A stretch of 63,283 nucleotides of DNA, counting the filler, from Octopus bimaculoides (taxonomy: Eukaryota), in assembly GCF_001194135.2 (NCBI RefSeq). It is 5 parts of 5 records of this genome, joined end to end, with 100 filler letters (N's around TTAATTAATTAA, not from the genome) between each part and the next. Parts side by side here need not be neighbours in the genome. Positions count along the whole stretch, not along the records: positions 31,976 to 48,889 come from NC_068998.1; positions 48,990 to 57,377 come from NC_068987.1; 3 more parts are not named here. One strand, given 5' to 3'. Shown in pieces: positions 40,501 through 52,390 of this stretch. The position numbers and the translations under genes are program-made. Below the pieces are notes generated by a model. It had not been told where the DNA came from. It worked only from the letters and a program-made list of their open reading frames with translations, and made no database searches. The stretch's first letter is position 1, and every line of letters begins with the position of its first letter.

Positions 40501-40641
40501 TATTGAAAGAAAGAAAATGGAGAATAATGGACGTACAAATAATTTATTTGTATTGTTTTTATACAACAAATTCCAACATCTTTATATCATACAAATAAAT
40601 TATTTATACGTCCATTATTCTCCGTTTTCTTTCTTTCAATA
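40501..40641. repeat. Short MITE-like inverted repeat (~53-bp arms)
   Basis: TATTGAAAGAAAGAAAATGGAGAATAATGGACGT... / ...ACGTCCATTATTCTCCGTTTTCTTTCTTTCAATA. Confidence 0.85.
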
Positions 40642-40647
40642 TATATA

Positions 40648-41452
40648 CAGAGTGTCCAAAAAGTTTCGCCCGATTCTTATTTTGATAACTATTGTAGGTT
40701 TTTCAATTAATTTTATTGTATAAAACAATGATGAATAATAACTACGAATGAAATTATGATGCAACAATGATAACAACGAAAGAAATTGTTCAAACTCTTC
40801 TCCATTATTTCCGATACAAGAAAGCAATCGCGAAGCAACTCTGCGACAAGCCTTTTGGCACAGTTCCACGTCGATTGTGGCAAATTGCTCGTTAATAACT
40901 CGACGGAGATCAGGAATGGTTCACGGTTTCATTTTGTATACCATGTCTTTAAGAACAACCTACAAGAAGAAATCCATAGGGGTTAAATCGGGTGAACGCA
41001 CCGGCCATTCGATCGGTCCACACCGTCCAATCCATCTGCGATTAAGATTGATGTCTAGCCATTCACGAACATCATGCGCATTGTGGGTTGGAGACCCTTC
41101 CTGTTGGAAGCGAATGTCTCTTTGTTCCTGCACTTGAGGAAAGAAGGAGGTTTGAAGCATGTTGAGGTACCGTTCTCTAGGGACTGGCTCATCGAAGAAG
41201 AATGGGTCGATAATCCCGTTGCATAAAATCGCAGCCCAGACAGTTTCTCCTAAGAGGTTAACTTCTTTCTCTAATATCACATGTGGATTTTCATGACTCC
41301 CATACGAGCTATTGGGTCAGTTAATGTGGCAGTTTAATTTAAAGCACGCTTCATCTGACCACCAAATCTTATCCTGTAGAGTTTCGTCATCGCGCATCAA
41401 GGCAAGGAGCATCTCCGAAAACTAAAGTCTGCGATCAGGATCTCCATCTTGC
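40648..41452 (-). mobile_element. Tc1/mariner transposon remnant, DD41D (rosa-like) spacing
   Basis: WWSDEACFKLN...ENPHV...FQQEGSPTH...WIGRCGPIEWPVRSPDLTPMDFFL, with 41 residues between the QQ(E)G acid and the final D. TA followed by CAGAGTGTCCAAAAAGTT, a TIR-like end, at 40646-40665. Confidence 0.85.
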
Positions 41453-42604
41453 AGCACCAATGGGAATGGTGATCGTTTCGGTGCCGGTAGCAAGGGCAGT
41501 GACCTCTGGAGTGCTACCGATTAAAAGAGCAGAGGTGTAGCCTCTCATGGAACAGGGATATGAATGATGTCTTCTTNNNNNNNNNNNNNNNNNNNNNNNN
41601 NNNNNNNNNNNNNNNNNNNNNNNNNNNNNNNNNNNNNNNNNNNNNNNNNNNNNNNNNNNNNNNNNNNNNNNNNNNNNNNNNNNNNNNNNNNNNNNNNNNN
41701 NNNNNNNNNNNNNNNNNNNNNNNNNNNNNNNNNNNNNNNNNNNNNNNNNNNNNNNNNNNNNNNNNNNNNNNNNNNNNNNNNNNNNNNNNNNNNNNNNNNN
41801 NNNNNNGTGTTTATTGAGCGAAAACACCTAAAGCTCCACGAGGCTCCGGCAGGAGATAGTGGTGAACCCCTGTTGTACGCTTTCGCCCCAACTTTCTCTC
41901 ACTCTTCCTTCCTGCTTCTTGAGTAAAGCTGCAATGGACTGGCAACCCATCCAGCTGGTGGGGGGGGGGGAACACATACGCTATTGAAACCGGGAAAACC
42001 GAGCCCATGAGCCTGGCTAGGCTTTGAAAGGGCGAGAAAAAAAGAAAAGATGAAGCCACTGAAGCTTTCTAAAATTACTACCTTTCATATCGATCGTGAA
42101 ATATCTGCGTTTCTGAAACATATGTAATCAATATGGTTGCGTAAATGGTTCTCTTTATATTATAACCTGGATGACATTCTGTACAGGGTGACCCAACAAG
42201 CTGCTGAATTAGCTTTTAATTAAACATTACATGTTGTTGTTGCTTCTGCTTCTGTTGCTGTTGCTGCTGCTGCTGCTGCTGCTGCTGTTGTTGCTCTTTA
42301 ACCCTAGGTCACATTTCACTAAAGAAACTTATGACAAAAGTGCCCGAGGCATGACTTCTTTTATTTTCTCTGCGTTTACCTTTTCTATTACTACCTTATA
42401 CAGTTTGCTGCTTTATTTAAGATAATATAGTGTTAATTCAGGGAAACTTGGCTGTTGATTTTTGCGGGTCTAGCGATCTAGTGGGTACTTTCTCGTTGGG
42501 TAGTTATACAGTGATGTTTCGTCAGAATGTGTAGCAAAAACCGCATCGTACTTGATCCTACAGACATGGCAGTGTAGAATTCTAGTGTACTGTTTCCCTT
42601 CTCA

Positions 42605-43420
42605 GTGATAGAAATTTCACTTCTGAATATTAGTTCCTTCACCTCAAATTTATCACTATTTCACCTTATGGTGTAACTATTTCACCTCCTAGATTGGCTA
42701 TTTTATCTCTTAGGATTGATATTTTCCCTTCTGGGGTAGCTATTTCATCTCCTGGGCTACGTATTTCCTCCACCTAGCATAGCTACTTCACTTTCAGAGA
42801 TAGCTATTTCAACTCCTGGGTTAGCTATTTCATCTCCTGGCGTAGCTATTTCCCCTCCTACGTATCTACTCCACGACCTGGGGAAGCTACTTCACATTCT
42901 AGAGTAACTATTTCACCTCCTGGGGTAGAAATTTCACGTCCTGGTGGAGACATTTCACTTCCCACGGTAGCTATTTCAATTTCGGTGGGAGCTATTCACC
43001 TCCTACAACAAGTATTTCACCTCTCTGGAGTACCGCTTCATCTGGAGTGGATATTTCACCTCCCTAGATAGCTATTTCACGTTACGGTATAACCAGTTTA
43101 CCTCCCACTGATACACTGACTGCTACATTTCCCAGTGGTAGCTATGTCACATCCCAGTAGTATCTATTTCACTTCCCCGTGATGGCTATTTCATCTCACA
43201 GTGGCAATGTCATCACCCTCTAGTGGTAGCGACTCCACTTTTCAGTAAAAGATATTTTACCCGCATGTGATAGTTTCCCACATCCTAGTGATAGAAATTC
43301 CATCTCCTAGTCTTAGCAACTTAACACTCCAGTGTCAGAGACTCTCCCTGCCACTGATAGCCATTTCACCCACCAGTGGTACCTACTCCCCATCCTTGCG
43401 CTAGAGACTCCACCTGTCAG
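42605..43420. repeat. Degenerate 21-bp minisatellite (consensus TAGCTATTTCACCTCCTGGGG), followed by three CAAAGTACATGTGCCACA units to ~43495
   Basis: Recurring GCTATTTCAC core at about 21-nt spacing over ~800 bp. Confidence 0.85.
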
Positions 43421-43868
43421 ACAAAGTACATTTGCCACACAACCTACAAAGTACATGTGCCACATTTAAACAAAGTACATGTGCCACACAACCTTAATTT
43501 GAAGCTCAGCTAATTAGCTGTATCACCCATTAATGGATAGTCTTGATGTTAAAAGGCCAAGCATTAATTACCCTCTAATTACAGAATCAATCAGAGCATT
43601 CAATAAATATTTATCTGATTTTATTTTTGGATTGGAAACTAATGAACTTGAAGTTAATTAGTTCCTTTAATAATAGAAATATATAAGAATAATTTGGCGA
43701 AACAGAAAATGTTTAAAAATAAAGATTTGTGAAGCATTAAGATACACCAAAACTAGAAAACTACGCACGCTTACGCACAGACACATATGCAGAGATACAC
43801 GCAGACATCCACTGACATATATACACATATATAAAACTTCGTACATCGTTATATATATATATATAACA

Positions 43869-45085
43869 TTTAGGATCCACAATTACTCTGGGAAAAACCA
43901 AAGTAATGTTTACTCCATTGCCAGGACAAACATATTCTGAACCAAACATTTTTGCGAATGGAACAAGGTTAGAAGTCATTGACACCTTTATTTACCTAGG
44001 AAGCACACTGTCAGGAGGTGGTAGTCTTGATGCAGAGATATACGATCGAATAGGGAAGGAAAGTGTTGCATTTGGAAANNNNNNNNNNNNNNNNNNNNNN
44101 NNNNNNNNNNNNNNNNNNNNNNNNNNNNNNNNNNNNNNNNNNNNNNNNNNNNNNNNNNNNNNNNNNNNNNNNNNNNNNNNNNNNNNNNNNNNNNNNNNNN
44201 NNNNNNNNNNNNNNNNNNNNNNNNNNNNNNNNNNNNNNNNNNNNNNNNNNNNNNNNNNNNNNNNNNNNNNNNNNNNNNNNNNNNNNNNNNNNNNNNNNNN
44301 NNNNNNNNNNNNNNNNNNNNNNNNNNNNNNNNNNNNNNNNNNNNNNNNNNNNNNNNNNNNNNNNNNNNNNNNNNNNNNNNNNNNNNNNNNNNNNNNNNNN
44401 NNNNNNNNNNNNNNNNNNNNNNNNNNNNNNNNNNNNNNNNNNNNNNNNNNNNNNNNNNNNNNNNNNNNNNNNNNNNNNNNNNNNNNNNNNNNNNNNNNNN
44501 NNNNNNNNNNNNNNNNNNNNNNNNNNNNNNNNNNNNNNNNNNNNNNNNNNNNNNNNNNNNNNNNNNNNNNNNNNNNNNNNNNNNNNNNNNNNNNNNNNNN
44601 NNNNNNNNNNNNNNNNNNNNNNNNNNNNNNNNNNNNNNNNNNNNNNNNNNNNNNNNNNNNNNNNNNNNNNNNNNNNNNNNNNNNNNNNNNNNNNNNNNNN
44701 NNNNNNNNNNNNNNNNNNNNNNNNNNNNNNNNNNNNNNNNNNNNNNNNNNNNNNNNNNNNNNNNNNNNNNNNNNNNNNNNNNNNNNNNNNNNNNNNNNNN
44801 NNNNNNNNNNNNNNNNNNNNNNNNNNNNNNNNNNNNNNNNNNNNNNNNNNNNNNNNNNNNNNNNNNNNNNNNNNNNNNNNNNNNNNNNNNNNNNNNNNNN
44901 NNNNNNNNNNNNNNNNNNNNNNNNNNNNNNNNNNNNNNNNTTAGAAGTCATTGACACCTTTATTTACCTAGGAAGCACACTGTCAGGAGGTGGTAGTCTT
45001 GATGCAGAGATATACGATCGAATAGGGAAGGAAAGTGTTGCATTTGGAAAACTCGAAAAGCAAGTATGGGCGGATAGAGGCAGGA
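43869..45085 (+). mobile_element. RTE-clade LINE RT fragment spanning an assembly gap
   Basis: LGKTKVMF...LEVIDTFIYLGSTLS...LDAEIYDRIGKESVAFGKLEKQVW; the segment next to the gap is duplicated. Confidence 0.85.
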
Positions 45086-46541
45086 CGTACACGAAGTATT
45101 TTGATGTACATTGTAACAATGGTAGTGTCATCTCTTACATTAAGGAATATAACACTCTACATTTGTAACGTTTATTGTGAGATAAATTAATAAATTTGAA
45201 GAAGTTTATTTCGAGTGAAACAATTTCAACGAAGATAATGGATCAACGGCAAATATTACATGCATATATATTAAGCATATAATTCATATATACATGCATT
45301 TATATATGTTTGTATGAGTGTGTATGTGTGTCTACGCATGAAGATTTGTATGTCCGTATGTATGTACAAATGTGTATATACATATATATATATGTAGAGA
45401 AAGAGAAACATCAGGGAAGGAAAAATAAAGCACGCAAATTGGAAAGTGGGAAAATTTGAATGCTATATAGCAATAATTACCACATGGGAATTTGATAAAA
45501 GTGGGTATTTATTAAGAGTCTTAAGAAAATCAGAAGTCAAGCTTGAAATATTAAAATAAATTGTTTCAGAAAGCATCTTTTTCTCCACATATTAAATTTT
45601 CTAGAATACTGAAGCACAGTTTCACAGTTTTGATATGCGGTTCGCTTTATAATATTAGAAAATTATTGAAGAATTTAAACCAAATTACAAATTTTTCAAC
45701 TTCACCGCTACTTTCAAGCTGTAATAATTTACATACATTCTGTAGCAGAATGCTAATTTTTCAATTTACACTTTCTCATTCCTAAAATTGTTTTTTTCAT
45801 CAAACAGAAATATGACAAACAAAGAAATTTCTCTGTTTTATTGTTGAGAATTAATAAATATGATTATACGATGTACAAAATATATGTAGATTGAACATTT
45901 AGCTATTAGATTTCTGTGCAACAAACAATTATGTAATGCACCATTGAACGAAGGTGTCAGTCGCGTACAAGATGGTATATTTATTTACTTTCTGTTAAAT
46001 TACAATGTATTCTGGATCCTCACAATATTCATGCTTTTAGATTACAAACTTTCTCTCTCCGTCTTTCCTCTTCTGTGTTCTTCTCACTCCATATATTAAA
46101 TTACTAAATTATTATACAAATATACATAAACACGCACACATATATGTGTATGAAAGAGTTGTGTCAAATATGGATTGAGAGAATAATGTGGTTATCACAG
46201 TAAGATTCCCATTCAGGATCAGCTATCAGTTTATCTCATTATCAAATACAACGTAGTGCAATGTATTAAATGTGTTCCAGAAAAATCAGAGCAATAATTT
46301 TTTTCAGTTAGGAGTGGTGAGAGGTGAAGATACATTTATGTATCCACTTGACTTCCATGCAATTACGGCCGTTTCATAACCTTCTTCGGGCAGGATTCCT
46401 TTCAGTATGGAATAAATTATATTTATATATTTGCATCAATATGTATTTTCAGCGTTATATAATAGTATGGTCGCAAATCAATGTAAATAATGAAAGCTAA
46501 CTCATTAGATCACCGGAATGTCGTGGTTTCATCTGCAGATC

Positions 46542-46597
<56 letters not shown>

Positions 46598-47167
46598 NNN
46601 NNNNNNNNNNNNNNNNNNNNNNNNNNNNNNNNNNNNNNNNNNNNNNNNNNNNNNNNNNNNNNNNNNNNNNNNNNNNNNNNNNNNNNNNNNNNNNNNNNNN
46701 NNNNNNNNNNNNNNNNNNNNNNNNNNNNNNNNNNNNNNNNNNNNNNNNNNNNNNNNNNNNNNNNNNNNNNNNNNNNNNNNNNNNNNNNNNNNNNNNNNNN
46801 NNNNNNNNNNNNNNNNNNNNNNNNNNNNNNNNNNNNNNNNNNNNNNNNNNNNNNNNNNNNNNNNNNNNNNNNNNNNNNNNNNNNNNNNNNNNNNNNNNNN
46901 NNNNNNNNNNNNNNNNNNNNNNNNNNNNNNNNNNNNNNNNNNNNNNNNNNNNNNNNNNNNNNNNNNNNNNNNNNNNNNNNNNNNNNNNNNNNNNNNNNNN
47001 NNNNNNNNNNNNNNNNNNNNNNNNNNNNNNNNNNNNNNNNNNNNNNNNNNNNNNNNNNNNNNNNNNNNNNNNNNNNNNNNNNNNNNNNNNNNNNATATAT
47101 ATATATATATATTATATTATATTATATTATATTATAGTATATTATATTATATTGAGAGGCGAGGACG

Positions 47168-47590
47168 AGTGACAATTCTGTAAATAATAATAATATTTTG
47201 TAAGCTTATGAGCGATCATCATGTATTAACAAAAGAACATTGTCTAATATTGGGGCATATAAGCCCACGACGGAAAAGAGGGGGTTTTCCGTATGCATGG
47301 GACTTGAATCAACACCTTTTATATTCGCGATAAGTGTGCTAACCATTACATCGGTGTATCCACTTACTTCTTCCCGTTAGATTTAAGAACTATAATTTCA
47401 TGGTGCTTTTGAGACAAGCATGCAAGTGCGTTTTCTGCGATGGATTGAGAAGCGGTAACGAATGACAATTCTGTAAATAATCGCTTATAAGCAATCACAA
47501 TGTATTGACTAAAGAAAATAATCTAATATTGAGGCATATAAGCCCTCGACGGGAAAAGTGGGTTTTCCGTACGCATGGGACTTGAGATGC
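47168..47590 (+). repeat. Diverged direct duplication (~130 bp) with an intervening minus-strand tRNA-like segment
   Basis: TGACAATTCTGTAAATAAT...TCTAATATTG.GGCATATAAGCCC.CGACGG...GGGTTTTCCGTA.GCATGGGACTTGA occurs at ~47168-47310 and ~47460-47587. Confidence 0.75.
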
Positions 47591-48989
47591 AAGTAAACAT
47601 TAATGTTACTTCGCCTTGGTTTATTTGCAAAGGAAATAATGCTGTTTGTATATCTCTGGATTTTTGGTAACGCGGGCTAGTAAAAGTACAATTTAATTGA
47701 ATTGGTGATATGATAGTTGGATTCTTGTCTGGATAGTTTACAGAAGGTTCTACTCGATTTTTCGAATTCAATTCCTATATCTTAAAATATATATGAGAAA
47801 TGTAGGACACGAACCACAGCCAAAAGGCAGAGGACAAGATAAAGACAAGATAAATCTTACTCTTTTGTTACCTGTTGCCTGAAACTTATAGCAACATCGA
47901 TGCAATAATCAACAGAAGTGAACACTCGCTTCAGTGCGCTCGAATTTGAAACCAAAACTGGGCGACAAGTATACGGCAAACATATTAAACTGAGTTCTTC
48001 CGACTAAAGAAACAAGCTGAAATTGAAGAGCAAACCTTTGAAGATTGTGTGAAGTGTTACACTAAGAGGAAATGGATGATTGTTTGGTCGTTAACCCATG
48101 AACAAAGAGAGGGACAAGTTGGAGAATGAAGTGACTTGTAGCAGGTCAGATAAAAAAATTTAACAAGATATGCTAAGTTGTATGAATAGAATCATGGGAA
48201 TATAAAAACATTGTGGAATGGTTAGTATCGAAAACAGAGGTGATGAGAGAGAGAGAACAGACTAGAGAAAGAAGAAAGGATGGAAGGGAGAAAGAGAAAA
48301 GTGGAGAAAGACACATAGAGAGAAAGAGAAAGACTGGGAAATAGAGAGAGAGAATGAGAGACAGGAAGGGGAAAGTGAACGGAAAGATGAAGAATGGAGG
48401 TTGCTGAGAAATTCATACAAATCTAGATAATTTTTTTGCGTGATTGAAGAAAATTCAAGCATGGACAACTAGTAAAACAGACACTACAAGATACAAAAAA
48501 AGGCAACTAGAGTATGGATAATTTATACACTGTCCTCACTGTATCTAATGACCTTGAGAATGACACTTCATAACTTTATTTCACGTTACTCCAGTTCACT
48601 CAGCTGGCAAAAATTTGTGGTACCTGTAATTGGAAAGGGCCAACGTTGTCACACTCTTTGCCACGCTGAATCTCGTTGAGAACTACGTTGAGGGTTCGCC
48701 TGTCTGCCGAATGCTCAGCCACTTGCAGATTCATACCAGGAGCAGGCTGTTCCGATTATTCGGATCAACTGGTACCCTCGTCGTCGTTATCGACGGAGAG
48801 TCAGTTGTGCAATTACATATCTTTTTGCCACTTACATCTCTAGCAGTCGTATGCTTCCTCCTCTCCTACCACACACACACACACACACANNNNNNNNNNN
48901 NNNNNNNNNNNNNNNNNNNNNNNNNNNNNNNNNTTAATTAATTAANNNNNNNNNNNNNNNNNNNNNNNNNNNNNNNNNNNNNNNNNNNN

Positions 48990-49379
48990 TAATTTTCCTC
49001 TTTTCAGGGTTGCTTTGGCACATTTTTCTAATCCGAATTTCATATCTATTTCCTTGGTAAAGCCGTGTACTGTCTGTAGTAGTGTTTCTAGCTCTTTGTC
49101 GTTTTTAGCATATAATTTTAGGTCATCCACATATAGAAGGTGGCTGACTGTTTTTCCGTAGCATTTGTAACCGCATCCAGTTCTATTTAGCAATTCTGTT
49201 AAAGGTGTGAGTGCCAGGCAGAACAGGAGTGGAGAGAGCGTGTCTCCCTGGAATATTCCTCTTCTAATGGGGATGGCTTTCGTTTTCACAAGTCCCTCTT
49301 TTGTTTCGAGCTGTAGCACTGTCTGACATTTGTTCATTGAGTGCCCTATGTATTTTATAATAATTGAGTGCCCTATGTA

Positions 49380-49384
<5 letters not shown>
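48990..49384 (-). mobile_element. R4/Dong-like LINE reverse transcriptase fragment (5' truncated)
   Basis: IRRGIFQGDTLSPLLFCLAL, HLLYVDDLKLYA, MKFGLEKCA. Bounded by a gap on one side and (TAA)n on the other. Confidence 0.9.
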
Positions 49385-49445
<61 letters not shown>

Positions 49446-49461
49446 CATCATCATCATCATT

Positions 49462-49683
49462 AAAAGTGACGAGCTGTCAGAGTCGTTAGCACGCTGGACG
49501 AAATGCTTAGCAATATTTCCTCTGCCGCTACTTTCTGAGTTCAAATTCCGCTGAGGTCAACTTTTCCATTCATCCTTTCGGGGTCGATAAATTAAGTACC
49601 AGTGAAACATAAGGGGGAGGCCGATGTAATTGACTAGTCCTCTACCCTCCAAAATTTCAGGCTTTGTGCCTAAAGTAGAAAGG

Positions 49684-49733
<50 letters not shown>

Positions 49734-49950
49734 CATAGCGGCGAGCTGGTAAAAAAGCCTTTGCACGCCGGGCAAAATGCTTAGCGGCATTTCGTCCGTC
49801 TTTACGTTCTGAGTTCAAATTTTGCCAAGGTCGACTTTGCCTGTCAGCTATTTTGGGTTAGATTAAAATAAGTACCAGTTGAAAAACATGGTCCGATAGA
49901 ATCGACTCAACCCTTTGCACCGAAACTTCTGACCCTGTGCTAAAATTAGA
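49462..49950 (+). mobile_element. Two tandem family A SINEs separated by (ATT)n
   Basis: Copies at 49462-49731 and 49738-49950. Confidence 0.8.
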
Positions 49951-51294
49951 AAACCTTGTTATTTTATTGTTACGTTTTAATATAGAGCTATAGTAATTTC
50001 ATTCTACTATTTACTATTCATACAAGGAAATAAAGTAACAGTAATATGTTAATGCTCAGCCTGGAGTAAAAATAGACTGTAATTTGAATAAGTTATGCCA
50101 TTTAAGGCTATCTGCACCGCTATCAAACCGGACCTTGTGTAACCAATGATTAAGTTGTTGTCGGCTTGTAGTAGCTGCTGTGGGCGGTATGCTGTTATTG
50201 CTATGAGTAGCAAAATATATAAATATGTATGAGGTGTTTGTTGTGGTGTTGCTATTGTGTGTGTGTCTGTGTGTAAACATATATATATATATGTCCGTAT
50301 TTCGACAATATTCAAACACACATATATATATAAACACATGCACACACACACACACTCACACATATGCTTATATATTTATATCTCACTCGCCCCACCCCTC
50401 AATCTCTCTCTCTCCCTCTCTCTCTGTCTCTGTCTCTGTCTCTGTCTGTCTGTCTCTATTTATCTATCTATCTATCTATGCAAATGCAGTTGTATGTGGT
50501 TATGCATGTGTGTTTAACCCAAAAAGGCTCGTTATGCATGTGTATTTAACCCAAAAAGGCTTGGAAACGCTGCACCCTCGAGAAAAAGGAATTTGATTTT
50601 CGGAATCTGCGTTCCAAAGACAATATCGTCCATAAATAATAATGAAAAGACAAGAAAAAAGAAACAATAATTTGCTGCAAAAAATAACTCAACTTTTAGA
50701 TCGACCACTCTCCTACTTTCTCTCTCTCTCTCTCTCTAACTATTTATCACTCTCTTTATCACGCACACTCTATCTCCCCACCTCTCTCTCTGTATATATT
50801 TTATCTCTCACGCATTGCTTTCAGTTTGCTGAAAACTTCGTCTTCTAATATTTACTTTCATTTTAAGGCGGTGAGCTGGCCGAATCGTTAGCACGCCGGG
50901 CGAAATGCTTCGGGGTATTTCATCCGTATCTACGTTCTGAGTTCAAATTCTGCCGAGGTAAACTTACGCACTGGTGTCGATGTAATCAACTTAATCCCTT
51001 GGTCTTTCCTTGTTTGTCTCCTTCTGTGTTTAGTCCTCTGTGGGCAATTTGACGAATTTTTTGTCTTCCTTTTACCGGAACAGTTTGATGCATTTGGTGA
51101 ACGATCAACGGCGTTGGAGAGCATAATGATTATAGTTGTAGTTGAAAAAAAAGTAGCTGACATGGAGGACTTACAGCCATCTGATTATTGAAAAAAATGT
51201 TACCTGTATCATGATGTTTCGCGCCCGGTATCAAAATGCCGACATCGGGACTGCTACTCAATGTTCTGTAAGCACTGTAAAGACTATATATCGT

Positions 51295-51612
51295 GGCATT
51301 CCGTCGGTTACGACGACGAGGGTTCCAACTGATCCGATCAACGGAACAGCCTGCTCGTGAAATTAACGTGCATGCGGCTGAGCACTCCACAGACACGTGT
51401 ACCCTTAACACAGTTCTCAAGGAGATTCAGTATGACACAGAATGTGGCAAAGCCGGCCCTTTGAATTACTGGTACAACCGAAACAGGAAGAAAGAGTAAG
51501 AGAAGGTTGTACAGCAGGGTTCGCCACCACCCCCTGCCGGAGCCTCGTGGAGCTTTAGGTGTTTTCGCTTAATAAATACTCACAATGCCTAGTCTGGGAA
51601 TCGAAACCGCGT
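51295..51612 (-). mobile_element. tRNA-derived SINE, family E (related pieces at 41807-42045 and 48605-48810 on plus)
   Basis: Shared GAAAACACCTAAAGCTCCACGAGGCTCCGGCAGG and GCTCAGCC...GAGCAGGCTGTTCCG...GATCAACTGG segments. Confidence 0.75.
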
Positions 51613-52031
51613 AGTATGGTGAAGCTTATCATCAAAACGATAAATTGGACCATTCTTTTCTTACGGTTCTGACTCGTTCCATTTACTTGAACATGGCGTG
51701 ACAATCTGTCATGCTAAGCATTCAAAAGGACTTCGAAGATGTGAACTTTTACTTCCAGTAAGATGGAGGCAATCCCACACAACCATAATGATGTAAGAGT
51801 CTACCTTGATGAGATTTTGTCAAACCGGTGGATTGGACGAAAAGGTTCAGTAGAATACTCGCCGGATCTCATACCACTAGCCCCTTTTTTTATGGTGATA
51901 CTGAAAAGAGAAAGTTTATGGTACAAAACGGCGACAGTCAACAAACTGAAAACATTTCTAAATTTAAGAGATGAGGAATTATTAACATTATTTACATTTG
52001 ACGGATATTTGTCCTTGTCTTGTTTGTTGTT

Positions 52032-52077
52032 AACACAACGTTTCAGCTGATATACCCTCCAGCCTTCATCAGGTGTC
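52032..52077 (-). ncRNA. Minimal type I hammerhead ribozyme motif (intact CUGAUGA core)
   Basis: Minus strand reads GACAC-CTGATGA-A-GGCTG-GAGGGTATAT-CAGCT-GAAA-CG-TT-GTGTT. Stem I is GACAC/GTGTT, stem II is GGCTG/CAGCT, and stem III is a loopless ACGT. Confidence 0.8.
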
Positions 52078-52244
52078 TTGGGGAAATTTCGAACCTGGGT
52101 TCTCATCGAACTTGGAATCTTGGAATCGAACTTGGAATCGAACTTGTGGTTAGTAGCCCGCGCTCTTAACCACTACGCCATATACCAGTGGTTAAGAGCG
52201 CGGGCTACTAATCCCAAGATTCCGAGTTCGATTTCAAGCAGTGA

Positions 52245-52292
<48 letters not shown>

Positions 52293-52344
52293 TAACATCG
52301 AAAAATGCCTTAAAAATTAGAACCCAGATTCGAAATTTCCCGAA

Positions 52345-52390
52345 GACACCTGATCAAGGCTGGAGGGTATATCAGCCGAAACGTTGTGTT
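52345..52390 (+). ncRNA. Minimal type I hammerhead ribozyme motif, core-mutated copy (CUGAUCA)
   Basis: GACAC-CTGATCA-A-GGCTG-GAGGGTATAT-CAGCC-GAAA-CG-TT-GTGTT. Stem II is perfect but the core carries G8>C. Confidence 0.75.

Noticed and set aside
42605-43420. CRISPR-like array
   Set aside because: Eukaryotic context with contiguous degenerate units and no unique spacers; it is a minisatellite.
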